From the NCBI RefSeq assembly GCF_003334765.1, contig NZ_QOWT01000004.1: a stretch of DNA of 64,000 nucleotides; one strand, given 5' to 3'. Each line of letters opens with the position of its first letter. Positions within the stretch are counted from its first letter, which is position 1. The notes under the pieces were generated by a model. That model saw only the letters and a program-made list of their open reading frames with translations, was not told the origin of the DNA and ran no database searches. The stretch is from Escherichia coli (GTDB lineage Bacteria > Pseudomonadota > Gammaproteobacteria > Enterobacterales > Enterobacteriaceae). A program made the position numbers and the translations under genes. Below are positions 11,636 to 22,489 of the stretch, piece by piece.

Positions 11636-11981
11636 AGCGGCCTGGCACACGCGTTTGATGGAAGACGGCGTTCAGGCAATGCGCGATTATCTTGCCGGAC
11701 TGGATATCGCTTCGCCAGAGCATCAGGTTCTGATGAACGTAACAGCAAAAAGCGAGGTCGCTCCGTCAATTATCAAAGAAAATCTCTCATTACACTTAAC
11801 TCATACGGTGAAATGGACTGAATCTCTCGATACATTTCTGAATATGCCAACCCCGGTAGCTTTCCTTGAAATAAGTAATAAGCCCTATTTGGGGAATATG
11901 TTAAATGATTTTGCTGGCGTGGATCAGCAACGAGTTATGCATTGTCGTAAAGCATTTAGTGATGCAAAGGTATTCAAATGA
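11622..11981 (+). pseudogene. ymdE: ymdE: FabD-like (malonyl-CoA:ACP transacylase C-terminal-like) gene fragment
   Basis: 119-codon ORF with a GTG start overlapping the dgcT stop; it resembles only the C-terminal portion of acyltransferases (VKWTESLDTF region) and lacks the catalytic N-terminal half. Annotated as a pseudogene/remnant in K-12 as far as I recall. Confidence 0.55.
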
Positions 11982-12964
11982 TTCCTGATTATTTAACTTT
12001 TATTCGCTTTCAGGATAAACGAAATCTGATATACATTTATGCTATTGGACTTATTCTGATAGGCTTTTATTGGAAGAATGCAGGGTTTACTTTTCCATCA
12101 GAGGATATTGGTGTAGTTAGTGGGATTCTGGCTCTGGTGCTGTATAATTTTATTTTTGATCTCAAGGCGTACTGGGCTTATAAATGCGTCACGAAGAATA
12201 TCGATTTTTCGTGGTTTAAGAAAAAGCAGAACCACAAAATAGAATTATTTCTTACACAACCTCTGGTGGCAGGATTTCTGTCGTTAATCATGTTGAGTGC
12301 AATGAGTTGGGGGCTATACCAGCTTCTACCCTCGTTATATGCGCTGTTCCTGATTTCGTTACTTGGGCCGTTGGTCATCTTTCTGCTGTTTCGGATGATC
12401 CGCACCAGTTATGTCAAGCAGGTCGCTATTTCAGTAGCGAAAAAAGTAAAATATAAAAGTCTGACTCGCTATGTGCTGCTTTCGGTGTGCATCTCAACGG
12501 TTGTTAACCTGCTTACTATCAGCCCGTTGCGTAACAGTGATTCTTTTGTGACAGAGGGGCAGTGGTTAACGTTTAAATCGATAATTGCATTGCTCATTCT
12601 TTGTGGCGTAGTGTTGGCGATTAATCTGTTTTTTCTGCGCTTCTCCAAGCGGTACGCTTTTCTGGGCAGGCTTTTTTTGCAGGAAATCGATCTGTTTTTC
12701 TCCAGTGAAAATGCGTTGTCGACCTTTTTTGCCAAGCCGCTTTGGCTTCGGTTATTCATATTGCTGGTTATTGAAGTGATGTGGATTACGCTGGTGTCGG
12801 TATTGGCAACGCTTGTAGAATGGCGGATTTGGTTTGAAGCCTATTTTTTACTCTGCTATGTACCGTGCTTAATTTACTATTTTTTCTATTGTCGATTCCT
12901 CTGGCATAACGATTTTATGATGGCATGTGACATGTATTTCCGTTGGGGGCATTTTAATAAGTGA
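11978..12964 (+). CDS. ycdU: Inner membrane protein YcdU (function unknown)
   Basis: 328-aa very hydrophobic AT-rich ORF overlapping the ymdE stop by 4 nt; length matches K-12 YcdU. Confidence 0.82.
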
Positions 12965-13095
12965 GGAAGTGATAGGAAGTGACCAGATAATACATATATG
13001 TTCTGTACTCTCTTGCGCATTTTGATTGTTGACTGAGTAACCAGACAGTTGATGTGCACGATTTCCCCTCGCCCTAACAGACGTGGGCGGGGGCA

Positions 13096-13719
13096 CCCGG
13101 TGTGTGCAATATACGAAAAAAAAGCCCGTACTTTCGTACGAGCTCTTCTTTAAATATGGCGGTGAGGGGGGGATTGACTCGCTTCGCTCGCCCTGCGGGC
13201 AGCCCGCTCACTGCGTTCACGGTCTGTCCAACTGGCTGTCGCCAGTTGTCGAACCCCGGTCGGGGCTTCTCATCCCCCCGGTGTGTGCAATATACGAAAA
13301 AAAAGCCCGTACTTTCGTACGAGCTCTTCTTTAAATATGGCGGTGAGGGGGGGATTGACTCGCTTCGCTCGCCCTGCGGGCAGCCCGCTCACTGCGTTCA
13401 CGGTCTGTCCAACTGGCTGTCGCCAGTTGTCGAACCCCGGTCGGGGCTTCTCATCCCCCCGGTGTGTGCAATATACGAAAAAAAAGCCCGTACTTTCGTA
13501 CGAGCTCTTCTTTAAATATGGCGGTGAGGGGGGGATTGACTCGCTTCGCTCGCCCTGCGGGCAGCCCGCTCACTGCGTTCACGGTCTGTCCAACTGGCTG
13601 TCGCCAGTTGTCGAACCCCGGTCGGGGCTTCTCATCCCCCCGGTGTGTGCAATATACGAAAAAAAAGCCCGTACTTTCGTACGAGCTCTTCTTTAAATAT
13701 GGCGGTGAGGGGGGGATTC
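13096..13719. repeat. Tandem direct repeat array, ~3.4 copies of a 181-bp unit, each carrying the 3'-terminal ~19 nt of serX plus the serX terminator
   Basis: Identical units begin at 13101, 13282, 13463 and 13644 (period 181). Each contains tatggcggtgagggggggatt (the serX 3' end on the minus strand) and the hairpin gcccgtactttcgtacgagc with an A8 tract; the last copy merges into the authentic tRNA. The track shows the same ORF repeated at 181-bp spacing. Confidence 0.92.
13658..13688 (-). terminator. serX intrinsic terminator (proximal copy)
   Basis: On the minus strand: stem gagcucguac / guacgggcuc (one G-U pair) followed by U8, 12 nt after the tRNA 3' end. Identical copies occur in each upstream repeat unit. 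Confidence 0.7.
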
Positions 13720-13787
13720 GAACCCCCGATACGTTGCCGTATACACACTTTCCAGGCGTGCTCCTTCAGCCACTCGGACACCTCACC
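13700..13787 (-). tRNA. serX: tRNA-Ser (long variable arm, class II)
   Basis: Reverse complement reads GGTGAGGTGTCCGAGTGGCTGAAGGAGCACGCCTGGAAAGTGTGTATACGGCAACGTATCGGGGGTTCGAATCCCCCCCTCACCGCCA: 88 nt with D-loop, TPsiC arm GGTTCGAATCC and a CCA end. Anticodon assignment (GGA) is from memory. Confidence 0.9.
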
Positions 13788-13981
13788 AAATTGTCGTTCC
13801 TGTCTTGCTGGAACGGGCGCTAATTTAGGGAAATCATGACCTGAGGTCAACAAACTTTTTGAAAAAATCGCGCGTTTATTCAAACTTCAATCAATGTGTG
13901 GTTTTAATAAGCGAAATCTGCTTTTTTTGCCACCGACCACGGATTTGTTATGCTGGTGGCCTTTGTAGATCATAATGATAA

Positions 13982-14959
<978 letters not shown>

Positions 14960-15013
14960 TAAAGCATCAGGATTCCTGCTATCCTTGGCGGGAATTGAAT
15001 ACAGGAGAGAGTT

Positions 15014-15751
15014 ATGTATCCCGTCGACCTTCATATGCATACCGTTGCCAGCACACATGCATATAGCACATTAAGTGATTACATTGCCCAGGCCAAACAA
15101 AAGGGCATTAAACTTTTTGCGATCACCGATCATGGCCCGGATATGGAAGATGCGCCGCATCACTGGCACTTCATTAACATGCGTATCTGGCCGCGAGTGG
15201 TTGATGGGGTAGGGATCCTGCGCGGCATCGAAGCTAACATTAAAAATGTTGATGGTGAAATTGACTGCAGCGGTAAAATGTTTGACTCGCTGGATCTAAT
15301 TATTGCCGGTTTTCATGAGCCGGTTTTTGCGCCACATGACAAAGCGACCAATACACAAGCGATGATCGCCACTATCGCCAGCGGCAATGTGCATATAATA
15401 AGCCATCCCGGAAATCCCAAATATGAAATAGATGTGAAAGCCGTTGCTGAAGCAGCCGCGAAACATCAGGTGGCGCTGGAAATCAATAATTCCTCATTTT
15501 TACACTCACGTAAGGGCAGTGAAGACAACTGTCGTGAGGTAGCCGCAGCGGTACGTGATGCTGGAGGTTGGGTGGCATTAGGCTCGGATTCTCACACCGC
15601 GTTTACCATGGGGGAATTTGAAGAGTGTCTTAAAATCCTCGACGCGGTAGATTTTCCGCCAGAGCGCATTTTGAATGTTTCTCCGCGCCGCTTACTGAAC
15701 TTCCTTGAATCTCGCGGTATGGCACCGATTGCGGAATTTGCAGACCTTTAA
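15014..15751 (+). CDS. ycdX: PHP-family metal-dependent phosphatase YcdX
   Basis: 245-aa ORF with N-terminal HxH metal-binding motif ([10 protein letters not shown]) typical of the PHP domain. Confidence 0.9.
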   Translation: MYPVDLHMHTVASTHAYSTLSDYIAQAKQKGIKLFAITDHGPDMEDAPHHWHFINMRIWPRVVDGVGILRGIEANIKNVDGEIDCSGKMFDSLDLIIAGFHEPVFAPHDKATNTQAMIATIASGNVHIISHPGNPKYEIDVKAVAEAAAKHQVALEINNSSFLHSRKGSEDNCREVAAAVRDAGGWVALGSDSHTAFTMGEFEECLKILDAVDFPPERILNVSPRRLLNFLESRGMAPIAEFADL

Positions 15752-15774
15752 TTACTAGTAATGGAAATATATTA

Positions 15775-16329
15775 ATGAACGAGTTTTCTATCCTCTGTCG
15801 TGTGCTGGGTTCGCTCTATTACCGCCAACCACAAGATCCTTTACTGGTGCCGCTGTTTACCCTGATTCGTGAGGGGAAACTGGCTGCGAACTGGCCACTG
15901 GAGCAGGATGAGTTGCTGACACGTTTGCAGAAAAGCTGTGATATGACGCAAGTCTCTGCCGATTACAATGCGTTGTTTATCGGCGATGAATGTGCTGTGC
16001 CGCCATATCGTAGCGCATGGGTTGAGGGCGCGACGGAAGCGGAAGTGCGCGCTTTTCTTTCTGAGCGAGGGATGCCATTAGCGGATACGCCAGCCGATCA
16101 CATCGGCACATTGCTGCTCGCAGCTTCCTGGCTGGAAGATCAGTCAACGGAAGATGAGAGCGAAGCACTGGAAACACTGTTCAGTGAGTATCTGTTACCC
16201 TGGTGTGGTGCGTTCCTTGGCAAAGTGGAGGCCCATGCAACCACGCCTTTCTGGCGCACCATGGCACCGCTAACCCGCGATGCCATTAGTGCAATGTGGG
16301 ACGAGCTGGAAGAAGATTCTGAAGAATAA
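15775..16329 (+). CDS. ycdY: TorD-family chaperone YcdY
   Basis: 184-aa ORF directly downstream of ycdX; acidic C-terminus; length matches YcdY. Confidence 0.88.
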   Translation: MNEFSILCRVLGSLYYRQPQDPLLVPLFTLIREGKLAANWPLEQDELLTRLQKSCDMTQVSADYNALFIGDECAVPPYRSAWVEGATEAEVRAFLSERGMPLADTPADHIGTLLLAASWLEDQSTEDESEALETLFSEYLLPWCGAFLGKVEAHATTPFWRTMAPLTRDAISAMWDELEEDSEE

Positions 16330-16430
16330 GTGTGATCTACGTCACTCATAACTGCAACGGATAATTTGTTGTTGCATAAAATGTGTGCTCGATCTCATTC
16401 ATGGCCGCGTTTTCTGCTATCATGCGCGGC

Positions 16431-16922
16431 ATGAACATACTTCTCTCTATTGCAATCACAACAGGCATTCTCTCCGGTATCTGGGGATGGGTGGCTGTTT
16501 CCCTGGGCTTACTAAGCTGGGCGGGCTTCCTGGGCTGTACGGCCTACTTTGCCTGCCCGCAAGGTGGGCTGAAAGGGCTGGCGATCTCCGCTGCAACCCT
16601 GCTTAGTGGCGTGGTGTGGGCGATGGTCATTATTTACGGTAGTGCACTGGCACCACATCTGGAAATTCTCGGTTATGTCATAACCGGTATTGTCGCGTTT
16701 CTGATGTGTATTCAGGCCAAACAGCTGCTGCTTTCATTTGTTCCGGGGACGTTTATAGGCGCATGCGCGACGTTTGCCGGGCAGGGTGACTGGAAACTGG
16801 TGTTACCTTCGCTGGCGCTTGGGCTGATATTTGGTTACGCAATGAAAAACAGTGGCCTGTGGCTGGCGGCGCGTAGTGCAAAGACGGCGCACCGTGAGCA
16901 GGAAATCAAAAATAAAGCGTGA
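16431..16922 (+). CDS. ycdZ: Inner membrane protein YcdZ (DUF1097)
   Basis: Start placed at the ATG at 16431 (MNILLSIAIT) for a 163-aa hydrophobic protein; the track ORF begins 16 codons upstream. Confidence 0.78.
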   Translation: MNILLSIAITTGILSGIWGWVAVSLGLLSWAGFLGCTAYFACPQGGLKGLAISAATLLSGVVWAMVIIYGSALAPHLEILGYVITGIVAFLMCIQAKQLLLSFVPGTFIGACATFAGQGDWKLVLPSLALGLIFGYAMKNSGLWLAARSAKTAHREQEIKNKA

Positions 16923-16985
16923 GGGGCACTCACGCTTTCGCTTAAACAGTAAAATGCCGGATGATAATTCCGGCTTTTTTATCTG

Positions 16986-17819
16986 TCAGGATTCCGGTGG
17001 AACCGACATATGGCGGTATTTCACCAGAATGTCATTCTGCCGTTCTGCTTTATTTTGCAAATCCCACAGACCACGGTCGATACCATCATTAATCAGGAAA
17101 ATGACCCCTGTTTCGATAGCCGACATCAGGCACAGCATAACAGGTTCGTTCGAGGTGTAACCCACTTCCCCTTCAAGCAAGCGCTGGTAGTCAATAAAGC
17201 GGAAAACCCCGGCCTGAACTTCATAGGAAAGTATCGTCTTACTGGTGTTCACCGAAGAAAGGATCTCGCCGGTACTCACATTGACGACGCGCAGGTTCAC
17301 GGCAATCTGATCGAGCTGGTATTGCGTGTCGGCACCGATGCCAAAATATCTTGCCCCAACCCCGCCAGATTTGACGTTGCTTTCATAACCGATAATCGAA
17401 CCTTCAACCATGATATTTGCCGCCGTTAAAGATTGCAGCGGGATTCGGTTATTAATGGCAACCGTGCCGTTTTCTTGTGCCGCACGAATAATCTTGCGCT
17501 CGTTAAGCAGGTTTTGTAAGCCCTGGCGCTCCAGCGGTATAAACCAGCGAGAATCTTTCAGTGCCGTGACCAGCATTGCCGTGGCGCTTTGCGGAACAGC
17601 AGTGGAGAAGTTACTTGCCGGGTAGGGTTTAAATTGCCCGGTTTCGTCCTGAATGTTGTATACCGAAACAAAGATTTTACCCGTCGGCGCTGGCAGATGG
17701 GTCAAATCTTTGTAGCTCTGAGCACGAGGCATTAATGTCGGTCTGGCGGCTTCTTTAGGCGGGGCGGTTAAGCATCCGCTCAGTAACATGACGGCAACCA
17801 AAAGAAATAAGCGCTGCAT
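16986..17819 (-). CDS. csgG: Curli secretion outer-membrane channel lipoprotein CsgG
   Basis: 277-aa ORF with a lipoprotein signal (LLSGC); last gene of csgDEFG. Confidence 0.93.
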   Translation of the reverse strand: MQRLFLLVAVMLLSGCLTAPPKEAARPTLMPRAQSYKDLTHLPAPTGKIFVSVYNIQDETGQFKPYPASNFSTAVPQSATAMLVTALKDSRWFIPLERQGLQNLLNERKIIRAAQENGTVAINNRIPLQSLTAANIMVEGSIIGYESNVKSGGVGARYFGIGADTQYQLDQIAVNLRVVNVSTGEILSSVNTSKTILSYEVQAGVFRFIDYQRLLEGEVGYTSNEPVMLCLMSAIETGVIFLINDGIDRGLWDLQNKAERQNDILVKYRHMSVPPES

Positions 17820-17845
17820 GATTATTTTCCTTATGAAGCTGGGGC

Positions 17846-18262
17846 TTAAAAATCGGTTGAGTTATTTTGTAAACCCGAAACCTGGATGGTCGAGGTTTGT
17901 CCGGTTTTACGATCTGTCACGTTCAACTGCAATTGACCATCGCGGTTGGCAATATCGACAATATAATCGTTGGTCACCATGCGGCCCGGTTTACCGGTAT
18001 TAATATTCGACAGTAGCCCACCTAAAATTTGTGACTGGATGGCCTGAGTAAAGTTATCTAACGCTGAGGGTGTTTCAATACCAAAGTCATCGTTATAGCT
18101 CGGATCTTTATAAGAGTTTTGGGCCTGAGCGCTATTTAATAAAAAAGCGCCATTATTTGGGTTACCACCAAAGTTTGGATTACGGAACTGGAAAGTCATG
18201 GTTCCAGCCCAACTTAATGGCGAAATAAGCATGAGTAGAACTACTGCATGTTTGACACGCAT
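17846..18262 (-). CDS. csgF: Curli assembly/nucleation factor CsgF
   Basis: 138-aa secreted protein with signal peptide; csgDEFG synteny. Confidence 0.92.
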
Positions 18263-18286
18263 TGCAGCCTCCGAACAATTTTTTAT

Positions 18287-18676
18287 TTAGAATTCATCAT
18301 GCGCCAAATCGCCCGTACTTAATAACGCCTGATTTATCTGGCGACGATTTAGTGCTTCTTCAGTTTGAATCAGTGCAAAGACGACAGTTTTCTCGAAGTC
18401 TCTTTTCAACGGAAATAAAAAAGTCTGGAAAATAACGTCCTGATTGACCGTTATAGTGATCCAGCTTCCCCATCGTGCACTGGGCCTTTCATTAATCGTT
18501 AAGTTACCCGTATAGTCACTTTCCCATTTATCACTAAAGGCTCGGTAAAAATCATGGCCAATAGATGAAACAGTATGGTCAGTTAGCAATCCCGGGACTT
18601 CTACCTCAACGGCGTGAAGATTCCCTGCGGCGAACAGAAATTCTGCCGCCACAATCCAGCGTAAATAACGTTTCAT
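18287..18676 (-). CDS. csgE: Curli secretion specificity factor CsgE
   Basis: 129-aa ORF with signal peptide; csgDEFG synteny. Confidence 0.92.
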
Positions 18677-18680
18677 GGCT

Positions 18681-19331
<651 letters not shown>

Positions 19332-20085
19332 GATGAAACCCCGCTTTTTTTATTGATCGCACACCTGACAGCTGCCTCTAAAATAGAAGCACCAGAAGTA
19401 CTGACAGATGTTGCACTGCTGTGTGTAGTAATAAATCAGCCCTAAATGGGTAAAATATAAAACTAATGGATTACATCTGATTTCAATCTAGCCATTACAA
19501 ATCTTAAATCAAGTGTTAAACATGTAACTAAATGTAACTCGTTATATTAAAATGTTAACCTTAAGGTTTTATTAAGTTTAGAAATGATAGAAAAGTTGTA
19601 CATTTGGTTTTTATTGCACAATTTTAAAAAATCATACAAATGGTGATAACTTACTAATAATGCATATAAAAAATATTTCGGTGTAGTCCTTTCGTCATGT
19701 AAAACGTTCTTGTTTTTTCTCCACACCTCCGTGGACAATTTTTTACTGCAAAAAGACGAGGTTTGTCACGGCTTGTGCGCAAGACATATCGCAGCAATCA
19801 GCGACGGGCAAGAAGAATGACTGTCTGGTGCTTTTTGATAGCGGAAAGCGGAGATTTAAAAGAAAACAAAATATTTTTTTGCGTAGATAACAGCGTATTT
19901 ACGTGGGTTTTAATACTTTGGTATGAACTAAAAAAGAAAAATACAACGCGCGGGTGAGTTATTAAAAATATTTCCGCAGACATACTTTCCATCGTAACGC
20001 AGCGTTAACAAAATACAGGTTGCGTTAACAACCAAGTTGAAATGATTTAATTTCTTAAATGTACGACCAGGTCCAGGGTGACAAC
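19332..20085. promoter_or_regulatory. csgD-csgB divergent intergenic regulatory region (754 bp, AT-rich)
   Basis: Unusually long, AT-rich, curvature-prone non-coding region between the divergent csgDEFG and csgBAC operons. Known from the literature as a binding hub (OmpR, CpxR, IHF, H-NS, RpoS-dependent promoters); individual sites were not mapped here. Confidence 0.8.
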
Positions 20086-20541
20086 ATGAAAAACAAATTG
20101 TTATTTATGATGTTAACAATACTGGGTGCGCCTGGGATTGCAGCCGCAGCAGGTTATGATTTAGCTAATTCAGAATATAACTTCGCGGTAAATGAATTGA
20201 GTAAGTCTTCATTTAATCAGGCAGCCATAATTGGTCAAGCTGGGACTAATAATAGTGCTCAGTTACGGCAGGGAGGCTCAAAACTTTTGGCGGTTGTTGC
20301 GCAAGAAGGTAGTAGCAACCGGGCAAAGATTGACCAGACAGGAGATTATAACCTTGCATATATTGATCAGGCGGGCAGTGCCAACGATGCCAGTATTTCG
20401 CAAGGTGCTTATGGTAATACTGCGATGATTATCCAGAAAGGTTCTGGTAATAAAGCAAATATTACACAGTATGGTACTCAAAAAACGGCAATTGTAGTGC
20501 AGAGACAGTCGCAAATGGCTATTCGCGTGACACAACGTTAA
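20086..20541 (+). CDS. csgB: Minor curlin / nucleator CsgB
   Basis: Start at the ATG at 20086 (MKNKLLFMML) gives 151 aa; signal peptide plus five imperfect ~22-aa Q/N/G-rich amyloid repeats. Confidence 0.93.
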   Translation: MKNKLLFMMLTILGAPGIAAAAGYDLANSEYNFAVNELSKSSFNQAAIIGQAGTNNSAQLRQGGSKLLAVVAQEGSSNRAKIDQTGDYNLAYIDQAGSANDASISQGAYGNTAMIIQKGSGNKANITQYGTQKTAIVVQRQSQMAIRVTQR

Positions 20542-20581
20542 TTTCCATTCGACTTTTAAATCAATCCGATGGGGGTTTTAC

Positions 20582-21037
20582 ATGAAACTTTTAAAAGTAG
20601 CAGCAATTGCAGCAATCGTATTCTCCGGTAGCGCTCTGGCAGGTGTTGTTCCTCAGTACGGCGGCGGCGGTAACCACGGTGGTGGCGGTAATAATAGCGG
20701 CCCAAATTCTGAGCTGAACATTTACCAGTACGGTGGCGGTAACTCTGCACTTGCTCTGCAAACTGATGCCCGTAACTCTGACTTGACTATTACCCAGCAT
20801 GGCGGCGGTAATGGTGCAGATGTTGGTCAGGGCTCAGATGACAGCTCAATCGATCTGACCCAACGTGGCTTCGGTAACAGCGCTACTCTTGATCAGTGGA
20901 ACGGCAAAAATTCTGAAATGACGGTTAAACAGTTCGGTGGTGGCAACGGTGCTGCAGTTGACCAGACTGCATCTAACTCCTCCGTCAACGTGACTCAGGT
21001 TGGCTTTGGTAACAACGCGACCGCTCATCAGTACTAA
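20582..21037 (+). CDS. csgA: Major curlin subunit CsgA
   Basis: 151-aa ORF with signal peptide and five imperfect repeats of the type SxxxxxQxGxGNxAxxxQ (for example SELNIYQYGGGNSALALQ). Confidence 0.95.
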   Translation: MKLLKVAAIAAIVFSGSALAGVVPQYGGGGNHGGGGNNSGPNSELNIYQYGGGNSALALQTDARNSDLTITQHGGGNGADVGQGSDDSSIDLTQRGFGNSATLDQWNGKNSEMTVKQFGGGNGAAVDQTASNSSVNVTQVGFGNNATAHQY

Positions 21038-21059
21038 TACATCATTTGTATTACAGAAA

Positions 21060-21083
21060 CAGGGCGCAAGCCCTGTTTTTTTT
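21060..21083 (+). terminator. Intrinsic terminator after csgA (partial read-through into csgC expected)
   Basis: Stem cagggc / gccctg with loop gcaa, followed by T9. Confidence 0.7.
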
Positions 21084-21095
21084 CGGGAGAAGAAT

Positions 21096-21860
<765 letters not shown>

Positions 21861-21954
21861 GTTTCTGAACAACTCACGTTGCTGAGCAGAAAAATGCGAT
21901 TTAACCAAAAAGCCTGCTGTACACTTAAGAAACAAGAAGGTGTAAGGAGGCGTT

Positions 21955-22488
21955 ATGAAAACGCGTATTCATGTTGTGCAGGGTGATATTACCAAACTGG
22001 CCGTTGATGTGATTGTGAATGCGGCTAATCCGTCATTAATGGGAGGCGGCGGCGTCGATGGGGCCATTCATCGCGCAGCGGGTCCGGCCCTGCTGGATGC
22101 TTGTTTAAAAGTCAGGCAACAGCAGGGCGATTGCCCTACGGGGCATGCCGTTATTACGCTTGCAGGCGATCTTCCCGCTAAAGCCGTAGTGCACACCGTC
22201 GGGCCAGTCTGGCGTGGTGGTGAACAAAACGAAGACCAGCTTTTGCAGGATGCCTATCTCAATAGCCTACGACTGGTGGCGGCAAACAGCTATACGTCAG
22301 TGGCTTTTCCTGCAATCAGTACTGGGGTTTATGGTTACCCTCGTGCGGCAGCGGCTGAAATCGCAGTAAAAACCGTTTCAGAATTTATTACCCGTCACGC
22401 TTTACCCGAACAGGTATACTTTGTCTGTTATGATGAAGAAAACGCCCACCTCTACGAAAGACTCCTTACCCAACAAGGAGATGAATGA
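21955..22488 (+). CDS. ymdB: Macrodomain protein YmdB (O-acetyl-ADP-ribose deacetylase; RNase III regulator)
   Basis: 177-aa ORF with macro-domain motifs ([23 protein letters not shown]). Confidence 0.9.
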
Positions 22489-22489
22489 T

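Noticed and set aside
12965-13699. Integrase or prophage remnant adjacent to serX
   Set aside because: No ORF with integrase-like features is present between ycdU and serX; only the tRNA-derived repeats.
13096-13719. CRISPR array at the 181-bp tandem repeats
   Set aside because: The units are 181 bp and essentially identical along their whole length, with no short repeats alternating with unique spacers. The repeats are tRNA-derived.
13083-13883. Series of repeated 64-137-aa ORFs in the track (13083, 13102, 13283, 13464, 13645 on the plus strand; 13632-13883 on the minus strand)
   Set aside because: They are the same reading frame regenerated by each copy of the tandem repeat and they run through tRNA and terminator sequence. 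These are artifacts of the repeat, not genes.
21000-21095. Upstream extension of csgC (track ORF from 21000)
   Set aside because: It overlaps the end of csgA and reads through the csgA terminator hairpin. The ATG at 21096 is preceded by a ribosome-binding site and gives a signal peptide at the N-terminus.
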